DNA of 64,000 nt from Octopus vulgaris (Eukaryota), in assembly GCA_951406725.2 (NCBI GenBank), contig OX597814.1, positions 62,930,001-62,994,000 on the forward strand. The letters run 5' to 3'. The translations under genes and the position numbers were made by a program. The notes under the pieces are model-generated. The model ran no database searches and was not told the DNA's origin. It was given only the letters and a program-made list of their open reading frames with translations. Numbering within the stretch: the first letter of the stretch is position 1; each line of letters begins with the position of its first letter. Shown piece after piece: positions 52,290-64,000 of the stretch.

Positions 52290-53580
52290 GATGGAAAAGT
52301 AAGCAACGTTTTGAAATATGAAATTCATCACAATATATTTCAACAATGCGGAAATTTTATTCATCAAAGTAAGTACCATTACAATCAACACATTTTTGCC
52401 AACAAGTTAGAAGCTCGTTTATTCCAGTAACATAAAAATCTGGAGTTCTGGAGCTGATGAACTCTTTGAACGCACTTTCAGCATCTGTTTGATTTTTGAG
52501 CTTCTCTCGCAGGAAACCATCAAGGTGCTTGAAAAAGTGGTAGTCGTGGGAGAAAGGTCTTGGGAATAAACTGAGTAGGGAAGAACTTGCCGCTTCTCTT
52601 CCTTCTCTTGCTCATAGTTCTTATTTTTTATCTTTTCCATTTCTGCTTCCATCCTTCCTTCCGTCTCCATTTCTCCTTCTATCTCCTCTTTCTCACTCTG
52701 CATCGGATCAGTCTGCTTATTTTTATATAAGGGACACTTCAGTCTCATGTCCCCCCTTTCATCGCAGATGTAGCCATTGGGACTGCGACCCTCCACTATG
52801 ACGTTTAAGGAATTTTCCCCTTCAATCCCTACTTGGTAGGGAAGCATCTGTATATTTTCAAATGTGGCGAATAGCCATTTCCACTCTGCTTCCCCACCAA
52901 TTCAACATATCCGTTCTTCCAACATCTCTAAACTCCGGCTTATCCTCGGTGGCTGCCTTAATGGCTGCCACCAATCACTCTGTCTTAATCTCAGGCGGCA
53001 CTCTACAATACACCTTCCCTTATATGTGGGCAACAGCGCCACCTTGTCCGTCCTCAGGATACCTATGGAGTGTGAGGCCGCCTCTTCTTCGGTTGCAAAC
53101 CACACCTCCACTGTTCTATACCTCTTTTCTCTGCTTACAAATGTTGCTTCTTCTTCACCACACACCAACTTTTCGTTAATTCCTCTTTATCCAAGTGTAC
53201 CCTCCTTGCTTTTAACTGTGTAGCTGCCTTTGCCGCAGCAGCTTTCGCGTAGCTCTCCATAATGCTACGCTCTTCCTCACCCCCGAATGGGGGGGAAAAG
53301 AATCAAACCAACAGCAGCAGCAAGTAACAACAACACCCGCAAGACGCTTCAACAATATTATTAACAGTAAAAAAGTAACAACAGCTCTCACCTTCTCACA
53401 AACAATCACATTCAAAATCACAAGCGGGCGTTTCGCTAATACTCGCGAGCAGTTTCAGCTGCCTTACATCCATTTTTGAAGTTGAATAGGAAAAAATCGC
53501 TCGAATATCGCACTTTGACAGCTCCATTTCATATGATTGTAACAACGGTGAAAAAAAAAATTAATGTTAATTTATTTATG
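52290..53580 (-). mobile_element. mariner (DD34D) ends enclosing a gag/ORF1-like LINE fragment (about 52590-53450)
   Basis: Mariner start IRAIFxxNFKNG at about 53500 and end YSQDLSPT.YHFFKHLD at about 52560. The insert has a YICDERGDMRLKC knuckle and an E/K-rich segment. Confidence 0.7.
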
Positions 53581-53936
53581 CATTTGGAGAAGTCTACGTC
53601 TGTATTATCAGACAATTGCAAAAAAATGTTTAAAGAAATTCAAAAATCCAGTACAAACTCTTCATGGTTCAAAACGTTGCTTACTTTTTACTCATCCTGA
53701 TAGATTTTAAGAACCGGAGTGAACCTATAGTGAATTCACAACCATGCTTTACCTTCAAAATCCATAGACCGATGTTTATTCGATACGCACTATTAAACTT
53801 GTTAATACAACTAAAATAGATATGAGAGTAATACCTAAACGGGTTTAAGAGTGAATCATGCATAATTTCAAGACGTTATTTGTCTCGCATAAAGAGAACA
53901 AAATCCTAGAAAAGTAAAACGGAATCTTTGCAGTTC

Positions 53937-53971
<35 letters not shown>

Positions 53972-54469
53972 AAAGAAAAAGAATGACTTTACTGGAAGTT
54001 CTAATCAATTTAATTTTTTAATATTATAATTTTACAGTTTGGTTTGTAAGTTCATTATTTTCTTCGGTGGGAAGATTTTTTTAATGATTTGTTGTTAATT
54101 TTTCTGGAAAACTTTCTGACATTGTCAAACTGATCTCAGGTTGTGTTGTGCTGTATGATTCTCTATATAAGAGATTTGGGAGTGCCTGGGGTGAGGTTGA
54201 GGTTTGTTAATAAGTGTGGGAGTGAAGGAGTGTTGATGAACAAGAGCTAGAAGAAAGGCAAAAACAAGATAATTGATTGAGAGAGGAGTTGGGTAGGGCG
54301 TTTGAGGAGTGTGTGATAAAGGGCTTGTAGAAGTACCCTCCTGCTGGTTCCAGTTGAATAGTTGATCTATATATATATGTATGCATGCATGTTTGTATAT
54401 GTATATATGACTCCATTTGAATAGTTGACATGTAGATATATATGTATGCATGTCTGTCTCCCTGTCTCC

Positions 54470-54525
<56 letters not shown>

Positions 54526-54527
54526 GC

Positions 54528-54595
<68 letters not shown>

Positions 54596-54678
54596 CTTTT
54601 TCTCTCTTTATACATACTTACATACATATATGTATATATAATATGTGTGTTGTATAAATGATAACACAAATTGGCTGA

Positions 54679-54754
54679 GGTTCACCACAGCTGTTCCAGA
54701 CGTGGTTCCTTTAGATGATAAAAAAAAATATATCTGAAACAGCTGTAGTGAACC
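54679..54754. repeat. Short foldback containing a hammerhead 3' half
   Basis: GGTTCACCACAGCTGTTCCAGA / TCTGAAACAGCTGTAGTGAACC. Confidence 0.6.
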
Positions 54755-56053
54755 ACTACCCATATGTTTTATCATCTATACAACACCACACTCAGAACCT
54801 TCCCTACGTTGGATATTGAGCCTATAGTGGTCCATGAACAATTCGCCGGAGTATACTCTTGTCTGATTTTGCGTATACGTTGACTGTTTTTGGTGTATAC
54901 TTGTGGATGTATACGTAACTGGAAGGACAAATCGGTACATGTTTTAGTAAGTACGTGAGTGTCCATAAATACAGTTAATGTGCAGGTATGTTATCTTCGA
55001 CTCTACCTTGGTATTTTTGTTATTAAAATGCCTCGATTGTATTGGATTTTGAAAATAATTATATGTATGTATAACATAGATAATATATATACATATACAT
55101 GGTGCTACCGAAAAATATTGTATTTTTGAGCAAATAGCTTACAAACCAACAAAAGCTGTCCTTGCAATTAACCAATCAGTGTAGAGTAAATGGCCAAGGG
55201 TTAATGTGGCATTTTTAATATTTGTATATATGTTCTATCTGATCGCTCACAAGGGCATTAGTGAGCTCACTTTTTGTATTGCATGTTTTGTGAATTTCTT
55301 ACGAGTAACAAAGCAGCACATGCAAAACAGAGGTGGACTAACAAATTCGAAAACTCTGAAGTTGATGTTTTGTATGGGTATAGATTTGGAAGAACAGATG
55401 TTCTCAATAACGTTGAAATTGCAAATGAAAAGGATGTGCGTCAGTATATCAGTCACTCAACCCGGAGCTTTGATAAACCCTGATAATTTCAAGCAGACAG
55501 AAAAAGTGTATAGAGAAGGGAAGCGGTTAACATATAAAACGTCCGGTTAGAACGAAGTTGTGCATTCAACGAGATAAGAAGAGGGAAGGTAAATTCATTA
55601 ACCTCGGAATCTTTACCTCACCTTCCCTACTCATCAGGCCTAACACTGTCAGATCTCAGTTGTTCAAGTCAAAGACACACGAATACCTTACCAATTGAAA
55701 AATCATTCACAAGCAAGGATAGTGTCATAACGACACTCCAAACAATAGTAAATATGAATGGCGCTTAAAATTTACGACAGCTGTTTCAGTAGAATTCTAT
55801 TTAAAGTAGTCGTAAAAGATTACATCATAATATTCAATCTGCCATCGACATTTACAATCCCTAGTCAACATTCGCTGGGCTGGTGAGACGGATCGATAGT
55901 TACACATTGGATTTAGTACATACATGTCTCCGGTAACCTGCCATCACTTGCTCTCTACAAACGATTATTTATTTCACCGTGACCACTATGTCTTCGCATC
56001 TTACCACTTTGTGGTGTCTTAGTGTTTACGCGCACGGATTCTTAATGCATCCT

Positions 56054-56126
<73 letters not shown>

Positions 56127-56490
56127 CGTGAAATTAGTAGACAGTGACAGTTCAATACATGTTTCGTATAAGTCAATGACATGGTAATTTGCAATAATTC
56201 ATGCATTCAACTTCACTCACCTTTTATATATAAATGTGTAGGTGGGTGATTGTGTGTGTATGTGTATAAGACGGGAGATTAGTGGACAGTGACAGGTCAT
56301 GACGTGTTACTTATCAGTCAATAATAGCCTGGTAATTTTTTAATAATTCATGCTTTCGACTACAGTCGATTTTTATTTATGAGTGAGCTGTTGTTACCCA
56401 ATTCATCTCCTTTTATGATACATAGACACTCAAACACAAACACCCACACCCACATTCACACACACACACATACATACATACATACATACA

Positions 56491-56559
<69 letters not shown>

Positions 56560-56868
56560 GTATATGATATCTCTCTCTCTCTTTCTCTCTCCCTCTCTCT
56601 ATATATATGTGTGTGTGTGTGTGTGTATTCTCTTATACTGTTTTATTTCTTTCAGTCATTTGACTGCGGTCATGCTGGAGCACCACCTTTAGTTGAACAA
56701 ATCGAGCCCAGAACTTATTTTTTGTAAGCCTTTTACTTATTCCATTTTTGGAATACTTAGTCTCTTTTTGAGGAACCGCTTGGCTACGGGGACGCAAATA
56801 CACCAGCTTCGGTTGTCAGGAGATGGCGGGGGGACAAACACAAACATACACACACACACATATATGAC

Positions 56869-56904
<36 letters not shown>

Positions 56905-57384
56905 ACGGGATTCTTTCAGTTACCGTCTACCAAATCCACCCACAATGGTCGGCCCGAGGCTATAGTAGAAAACATCTGCCTAAGGTGACACGCAGTGGGA
57001 CTGAACCCGGAGCAATGTGGTTGGTAAGCAAGCTTCTTACGACACAATCACACCTATATTTATATGCAGCATATATTAGGAATAACGAACCGTAATACTG
57101 CATTTCATGTAATGAATTCAAATCAGCATTAATCATATTGCAAATATTGCTAATTCAAACTATAATCGCCTGTATTTTCTCCATTTTTGCGTAACTACTT
57201 TAGAATTAATTTGCGGAGTGCCTGGCATCGATAAATAGTCGTGTTCAATCTTCCGATTGAATGATAAAACGTGAATGTTAAATTATTAATGTTACAGTAT
57301 ACTTACAGTGTAAAAATCGCCCTGAAATTACATGCTGAAATCTACCGAGCTAATAACCACGACTGAACCAACCCAAACTAATTG

Positions 57385-57429
<45 letters not shown>

Positions 57430-57594
57430 TAGAGTGTGGCAAATGTCACAAGTAAGTTCAATATGTTACGGAATTGTCAAAGACATGCTTTAATTTTTCT
57501 AAAATTGAATAAAATGAATACGATAAGGATCAACACATACACAAAATAAATAATAATAATAATAACAATGATAATAATAATAATAATAATAATG

Positions 57595-57628
<34 letters not shown>

Positions 57629-57689
57629 TGATGATGGTGATGATGATGATGATAATGATGATGATGATCATAATAAAGCTGTAAAACAA

Positions 57690-58130
57690 TTGAAATAGAA
57701 AAATAGAAATATTCCAGCAATGGTGAAATAGAAATCAGCAAAATGTGGAAGCTGAAGACTAAAACAATACCTGTTGTCATAGGTGCCCTGGGAATGATAG
57801 CGAAAGGGACTGATTGCTACCTAACTCAGATACCAGGAATCCGCAAAATGGCAGAAATTCAAAAGATAGTGCTCATGGGAACTGCTCATATCCTACGCAA
57901 AATACTCTCTATGTAATCCCAAGGTTTAAAACAAACTTTTTTTAATTTTTAAAATTTTAAAAAATTTTTTATTTATTTATTTATTTTTTTTTATTATTAT
58001 GCATTAGACATTCACTAGTACAACATCAAAGAAAACCAAAAAAAAACCCCAAATATGTTGTCTCTTGAGGTCTCTGGGTGAGATTTGGAGCCAACTTGTA
58101 CAGACATGAAGCAAAAGTCAAACATAGAAT
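57690..58130 (+). mobile_element. R4/Dong-like 3' fragment between (TAA)n arrays
   Basis: EIEISKMWKLKTKTIPVVIGALG...IQKIVLMGTAHILRKIL* plus 3' UTR. Confidence 0.85.
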
Positions 58131-58139
58131 GATAATAAA

Positions 58140-58212
<73 letters not shown>

Positions 58213-58229
58213 GGAAAACAAGAAAAATA

Positions 58230-59345
58230 ATGACAGGATCTAGGATGCATCACCCAAAATCTGACATAGAAAGACTATATATACAACGTATAGAAGGTGG
58301 TAGAGGCCTTATACAGCTGGAAAACTACTATAAAATAACCACCATAGGACTGCAAAAATATCTACTTCAGAAGGAAGGAAAACTGATCCAGATAGCGGCA
58401 AAACACGAGCAAAACAAAAAACTGTTCTCAGTATTTAAGGAAGCTGACAAATACAAACAAGAAATCATACCACCTAATAAACATGAAGAAGAAGAAGAAG
58501 ATGAAGAAACAACAAAAGCTATAAAACAAATGAAATCCAAACTAAAAATAGAACAGCAACGAACCATGATAAAACGATGGCAAGAAAAGCCCCTTCATGG
58601 TAAATACTGGACTAAACTAAACGCAAAAGAAATAGACAAAGAAAAATCCCAGCAATGGTTGAGAAGCTCAGGACTCAAAGCAGAAACAGAGGGATTTTTA
58701 ATTGCAGCACAATACCAAAGCCTCCCCACCAGAAATTACCAAAAACATGTAATGAAAAGAAATATTACAAGTAACTGCAGAATATGTGGAGATGGACAAG
58801 AAACAATAAATCATATTGTCTCTAGCTGCCCAGTCCTGGCTAAGAAGGAATATATTCACAGACATGACAGAGTTGGAACCTACATACATTGGAAGCTATG
58901 CCAACATTATGGAATAACAACAGAAAAAAGATGGTATAGGCACACACCAGAAAAGGTCACAGAAAACGAGAAAGCAACCATACTCTGGGATATGCCGATA
59001 CACACAGATAGAAAAATTATGGCCAACAGACCAGATATAGTTGTCAGAGATCATGAAGAAAACAAATGCTTTCTAATTGATGTATCAATACCGGCTGATG
59101 ACAACGTGTCTCTAAAAGAAATGGAGAAACTCTCAAAATACAAAGACCTGGAAATAGAGGTAACTAGAATGTGGAATCTGGAAACAGAAACAATTCCTAT
59201 CATAGTAGGTGCATTAGGCATGATAAAAAAATATTCAGACAAATACATAACAAAAACACCAGGACTTACAAACACATATAACATACAGAAAATTGCACTA
59301 CTAGGCACTGCACACATCCTACGCAGAACACTTTCCATACAATAA
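58230..59345 (+). CDS. 5'-truncated R4/Dong-like retrotransposon ORF (RT thumb, CCHC knuckle, restriction-like endonuclease)
   Basis: Uninterrupted 371 codons containing RLY...GGRGL, CRIC...HIVSSC, RHD, RPDIVV, LIDVSIP and KLSKYKDL. The element spans about 58212-59443 with (TAA)n on both sides. Confidence 0.9.
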   Translation: MTGSRMHHPKSDIERLYIQRIEGGRGLIQLENYYKITTIGLQKYLLQKEGKLIQIAAKHEQNKKLFSVFKEADKYKQEIIPPNKHEEEEEDEETTKAIKQMKSKLKIEQQRTMIKRWQEKPLHGKYWTKLNAKEIDKEKSQQWLRSSGLKAETEGFLIAAQYQSLPTRNYQKHVMKRNITSNCRICGDGQETINHIVSSCPVLAKKEYIHRHDRVGTYIHWKLCQHYGITTEKRWYRHTPEKVTENEKATILWDMPIHTDRKIMANRPDIVVRDHEENKCFLIDVSIPADDNVSLKEMEKLSKYKDLEIEVTRMWNLETETIPIIVGALGMIKKYSDKYITKTPGLTNTYNIQKIALLGTAHILRRTLSIQ

Positions 59346-59439
59346 CCATCAGAGCATCACAAAAAATCACAGCACCTACCCAAGGCACACAGAGCTGCGC
59401 TCGGTAGTGAAGTGAAAGCACGCTATAAAAATAAAATTA

Positions 59440-59671
<232 letters not shown>

Positions 59672-60268
59672 GATGCCCTGATGCAGTACTAGGCAGTAGC
59701 TGTCATGGCTTTTAATCTGAACTGATTGGAAGTGTTGTCATGTACATTGTTTTGTCTTGGTATAAAAGATGGGTTACAGCAAATATTCTGCTCAATACCA
59801 CAGATTTGCCTGTCAGTTGTTTGACCGTAATCAGTTGAACATGTCCCTTAGTGGCTGACGATATGTGCATCTCTGACCACGAGCAGAAGTAGTGGGGGAG
59901 CATCATAGCCATGATTTGAAAGGAATTCTTTGGAGTTTGGATAATTCATCTTTGGAAACATGGGTGTTTCGTTCATCATCCTTAAATAATCTTTATTCAG
60001 GGACCTTTTGAGCGGGATGGGCTACTCGACCAGAAGAAAATTGTAATAGTGGGTTAGATGGGCGCTAGAGAAGGGGAAGCAGCCCCCGAAATATGGCATA
60101 TACACTCTTATCCACTTTTGTCTTCGATCACATTGCCTGTTTGCATCTGATGTCTCGATACGAAACGTTGTTGCAAAAATCAGGGCTGGCTATAAGTTCT
60201 ATAGAATATCTGTAGAAATAACTTTATACACACACGCGCGCGCTTGCACACACACACATTTATATAAA

Positions 60269-60610
60269 CAATTGCAGCGTGGAAGGTGTTTATAAGCCAT
60301 TAAAAACACACAAAAACCGTTAGATTCCTTTCAACATTTAAATTTGATTTGTCAAAATATTTTCGTCGCTTTGAAACTGCGACCTGTTCACTGACAAAAT
60401 TTCGTGCTGCAGGAAATTTTGTCATTGAACAGGTCGCAGTTTCAAAGCGACGAAAATATTTTGACAAATCAAATTTAAATGTTGAAAGGAATCTAACGGT
60501 TTTTGTGTGTTTTTAAATGGCTTGTAAATACCTTCCACGCTACAATTGCTTTTGTTTCAGCACACGATCTCAGATCAGGTCACTTGCTATGCAAGTTCAT
60601 CTTCTTAATG
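60269..60610 (+). mobile_element. Asymmetric foldback element with a G3-C8 variant hammerhead in its arms
   Basis: ~135-bp arms (60269-60403 and 60413-60548) plus a ~60-nt tail into (TA)n. Confidence 0.85.
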
Positions 60611-60930
60611 TATATATATATACGAGGGACCCTAGACCATTCAGCATCTGCCGTACGACTGGCGCGAATGATTTGTTTGTAGCGACCAAATGTTCATGCC
60701 GCATATTGATTCCATCAAATCGAGGCTGTCTGAACAGGTACACTATGCACCATGCATCAAGTGTCGAAGTGATCGCAGAGCAACGTGAAATGATATGTTT
60801 TGCTCAAGAACACAACACAGCAACCGACCCTAACCATGCACGCTCACACACACACACAAAGATATACATATATGTATATGTATGCAGGCATCCATCCATA
60901 CCTACGTCCATTCATTCATACACACATATA

Positions 60931-62562
60931 CAGTTGCGGCCAAAATGTTCAGAACGGCATTGTTTTCGACAGAAAAGTAGGTATAAGTTTTTATCAAAGT
61001 TGTTTTATATTCTATAATTTTCACAGACAATAAATACGATATTAATTGTTATTGTCTGAGATTTCGGTGTAATTTGAAAGGATAATACAAAAGTTATGGA
61101 TGATTTAGTGATTTACTGCAAAACCCATGGTGGCCAAAAGAATCAGAACGGTTGCTTTTACTCCGTGTTTTAGTATATTTAACCGGCGAACTCTAATGTT
61201 TTGAATTTGTTTACGTGATGGTTTGTTTACTAAACATTAGTAAGAATATCTGCAGTGTACTTTGTTAATATAATGCTACTTACTCCGTTACCAATTCTTC
61301 AGCAGATTATTAAGCTTCGAAAGAAGGATAATTTAAGTATTGGGTCTATTGCAAAGATTGTTAACAAGTCAAAAAGTGTTGTTCACGGTATTCTTAAGGT
61401 CTTCGATGATTGTGGTTCGTGTGAAGCAAGAAAGTCTACAGGTAGGCCAAGAAAAACGACCAAGAGAGAAGATCGTGCTATGGTAAAGTTGGTTAAAAAG
61501 GACAGATTTAAAACTGCTGCTGCTGTTTCTCGGGAAATGAGCATTGTACTGAAGAAAACGTTATCTCGAAAAACTGTGTTATCTCATCGTTTAGTTGAAC
61601 ATAACCTACAAGCAAGATCACCTGCAGTGAAGCCACTGATCAGCTCCAAAAATAAAAAGTGTCGTCTTACCTTTGCAACCGAACATGTGCTGTAGTCTCA
61701 AGAAAAATGGCAAACGGTGCATTTCAGTGATGAATCTAAGTTTATGTTATTTGGCTCAGATGGGAAAAGGTACGTTCGTTGAAAAGTAGGTGAAAAATTG
61801 TCGCCTAAATGCCTTAAGACTAGTGTTAAATTCGGTGGAGGAAGTGTCATGGTTTGGGGAATGATATCTAGAGATGGTGTGGACTCTTTGGTGCGATTAC
61901 ACGGAAAGGTAAATGCAGGAGTTTATAAACAACTTGTAAAAGATCATGTCTTGCCTGTGCTGAGAAATTCAACTAAGCGACCACCTATATTCATGCAGGA
62001 CAATGCCCCATGTCACAAGGCTAAGGTGGTCATGAACTTCCTCAAGGCTGAAAAGGTTATTATTATGGATTGGCCTGCTCAAAGCCCAGATCTCAATCCT
62101 ATTGAAAATGTGTGGAATATTCTAGGAGAACGTTCGAAAGCCAGAAATCCTAAAACAACCGAGCAATTACGGAATGCCCTTCAGGAAGAATGGAATAAGA
62201 TCATTTAGCAAGAAATTGAAAATTTAATTTCCTCATGCAGTCGAAGATGTCAAAGTGTGATTGAAGCTAAAGGGCTTCACACTAAATATTAAATAATTCC
62301 AGAATTCTCTGTCATTTTTTATTATTTTGTTATTTTTTCAACCGTTCTGATCATTTTGGCCGCCATGGGTTTTGCAGTAAATCACTAAATCATCCATAAC
62401 TTTTGTATTATTCCCTCAAATTGCACCAAAATCTCAGACAATAACAATTAATATCGTATTTATTGTCTGTGAAAAGTATAGAACATAAAACAACTGTGAT
62501 AAAAACTTATATCTACTTTTCTGGCGAAAACAATGCCGTTCTGAACATTTTGGCCGCAACTG
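60931..62562 (+). mobile_element. Tc1-family IR/DR-type transposon (DD34E), full length with nonsense mutations
   Basis: ~220-bp TIRs starting CAGTTGCGGCCAAAATGTTCAGAACGG with TA TSD; GRPRK, FSDESKF, FMQDNAPCH and SPDLNPIENVW motifs; stops near 61693 and 61780. Confidence 0.95.
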
Positions 62563-62571
62563 TATATATGC

Positions 62572-63539
62572 CTTACTGGCTGGTCCTTCTTCGCTGTATA
62601 CGATGGTCATGCTCGAGCTAAGGTATCGGCCTGCTGTGCAGCTCAGCTGATGGAGCATATTGCCAATAAAAATTTTCGGGGCAAGCTTGACGTCAGCTAG
62701 GGTACGGAAATCCTTTCTATTATGGATGTTCAGAAAGGCATCAAGAGTGGCTTTCTTAAGTTTCATGACTGCATGCGAACAATGCCAGAAGTGGGTCGTG
62801 GGGAAGACAAAAGTGGCTCTACAGCAGTATGTGCCATTTTCTCACCAACACACATTTTCTGTGCTAATTGTGGAGATTCTCAGGCGGTGCTGTGTCGACG
62901 TGGTAAATGTCCCTTCTCAACTACCGATCACAAACCTGTAAATCCCATTCAGAAGGAACGTATACAGCATGCTGGAGGCGATGTTATGATACAGCGAGTC
63001 AATGGATCTTTAGCAGTATCCCGGGCTCTAGGAGACTTTGAATATAAAAAAATGTTGAAGGAAAAGCGCCATGAAAGCAGTTAGTATCTCCAGAGCCAGA
63101 AATTTTCACCGAATGTCGAAATGAGGATGAATTCTTAGTACTTGCTTGTGATGGAATTTAGGATGTCATGTCCAATGAAGAACTCTGTGATTTTGTTAGG
63201 AGTAGAATGCACATTACTGAAAGTCTTGAAGACATTTGCAATCAAGTTGTAGATAGATGTCTATATACGGGAAGTCGAGATAACACGGGCATTGTCCTCA
63301 TAGCTTTTCCAGGAGCACCTAAGCTATTAGATGAGGAAAGAGGACTGAACACACGTTTGGAGAACAAAATTAAAGAAATCCTAGACAACTGCAAATCTGA
63401 AGGTGATGTCGACCTTTCTCTTGTGATGAATGAGTTGATAGATGATAAAATAGAAGGATTACCACCAGGTGGTGGTTTAAGTTCTAAGAGAATGACAGTT
63501 GGAAGTATTTTGAAGCGACTCAGACCGGGAAAAATTTAG
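62572..63539 (+). pseudogene. PPM1B: Processed pseudogene of a PPM1A/PPM1B-type protein phosphatase 2C
   Basis: Intronless [50 protein letters not shown] and GSRDN, plus the PP2C C-terminal LPPGGGL motif. Stops at 62698 and 63159, a frameshift in the A-run near 63050, and no N-terminus. Confidence 0.92.
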
Positions 63540-64000
63540 AATAGCTTCTGTATTGATTAATGAGCTGTACTGAGAAGATTTAATGATGGTTTTATAGAAA
63601 TTCATGTACCAACACCTACCAACCACTTCCTGTCACATGACTACTGCTATTACCATTTCTGTTACAAATTATTATACTACTGTTATTGCTCTACTACAAT
63701 TTACCATTAATACTGGTAACACCATAAATAGAAATCCCCAACCATCACCATTTTAAAACCACCCAAAACTAAACAGCGAACAAGCTGACAGCCAACGCAT
63801 TTATGAAATAAATTACACTGAATCTAAAAATCACCCATATACCAGGAACAGAACACACCAGCAACGTCTTAATACCAGGCATAACTACCCCATTACAACA
63901 CAAAATAACACTAGGATAAGAAGCAGATCACATACCAAGCACTACTATCTCATGGCCCAAAATTACTGGTCCCCACCGAATACAAGAACAGCACAAAATA

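Noticed and set aside
55274-55483. ORF with a YGYRFGR RFamide-like motif
   Set aside because: It is a single motif with no clear signal peptide, repeated peptides or splice support; likely chance.
55580-55642. CTGATGA followed by a long hairpin on the minus strand
   Set aside because: The GAAA and stem III half is not recognisable; at most a relic, so not counted as a hammerhead.
56120-56370. Diverged ~145-bp tandem pair with GAAACATGTA on the minus strand
   Set aside because: There is no CUGANGA core; treated as an old local duplication.
790-58253. Dozens of ORFs rich in YI, HT, VC, YLSI or poly-I/Y
   Set aside because: These are translations of (TA)n, (CA)n, (CATA)n, (TATC)n and (TAA)n microsatellites, not proteins.

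Overview
AT-rich, microsatellite-saturated animal genomic DNA. The SINE families and (TA)n/(CATA)n/(TAA)n arrays suggest an octopod cephalopod (inference from recalled repeat families, not a search). I see no intact host protein-coding gene; the window looks intronic or intergenic, and most ORFs in the track are microsatellite artefacts. It contains several decayed Tc1/mariner/pogo transposons, R4/Dong-like REL retrotransposons (two inside (TAA)n arrays), RTE and other LINE fragments, Penelope-like element (PLE) remnants, many SINEs, and an intronless disabled PPM1A/B-type PP2C retrocopy. Two less obvious signals stand out. (1) About a dozen type I hammerhead-ribozyme motifs from several unrelated sequence families, including core variants G3-C8, U3-A8 and U4C and forms with a long stem II, often in asymmetric foldback elements or tandem copies within (TA)n. 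(2) Three divergent foldback elements (8.3, 16.7 and 30.0 kb) that share a five-helix, covarying RNA architecture I cannot assign to a known ribozyme or ncRNA class. All structures were paired by eye and have not been folded computationally.
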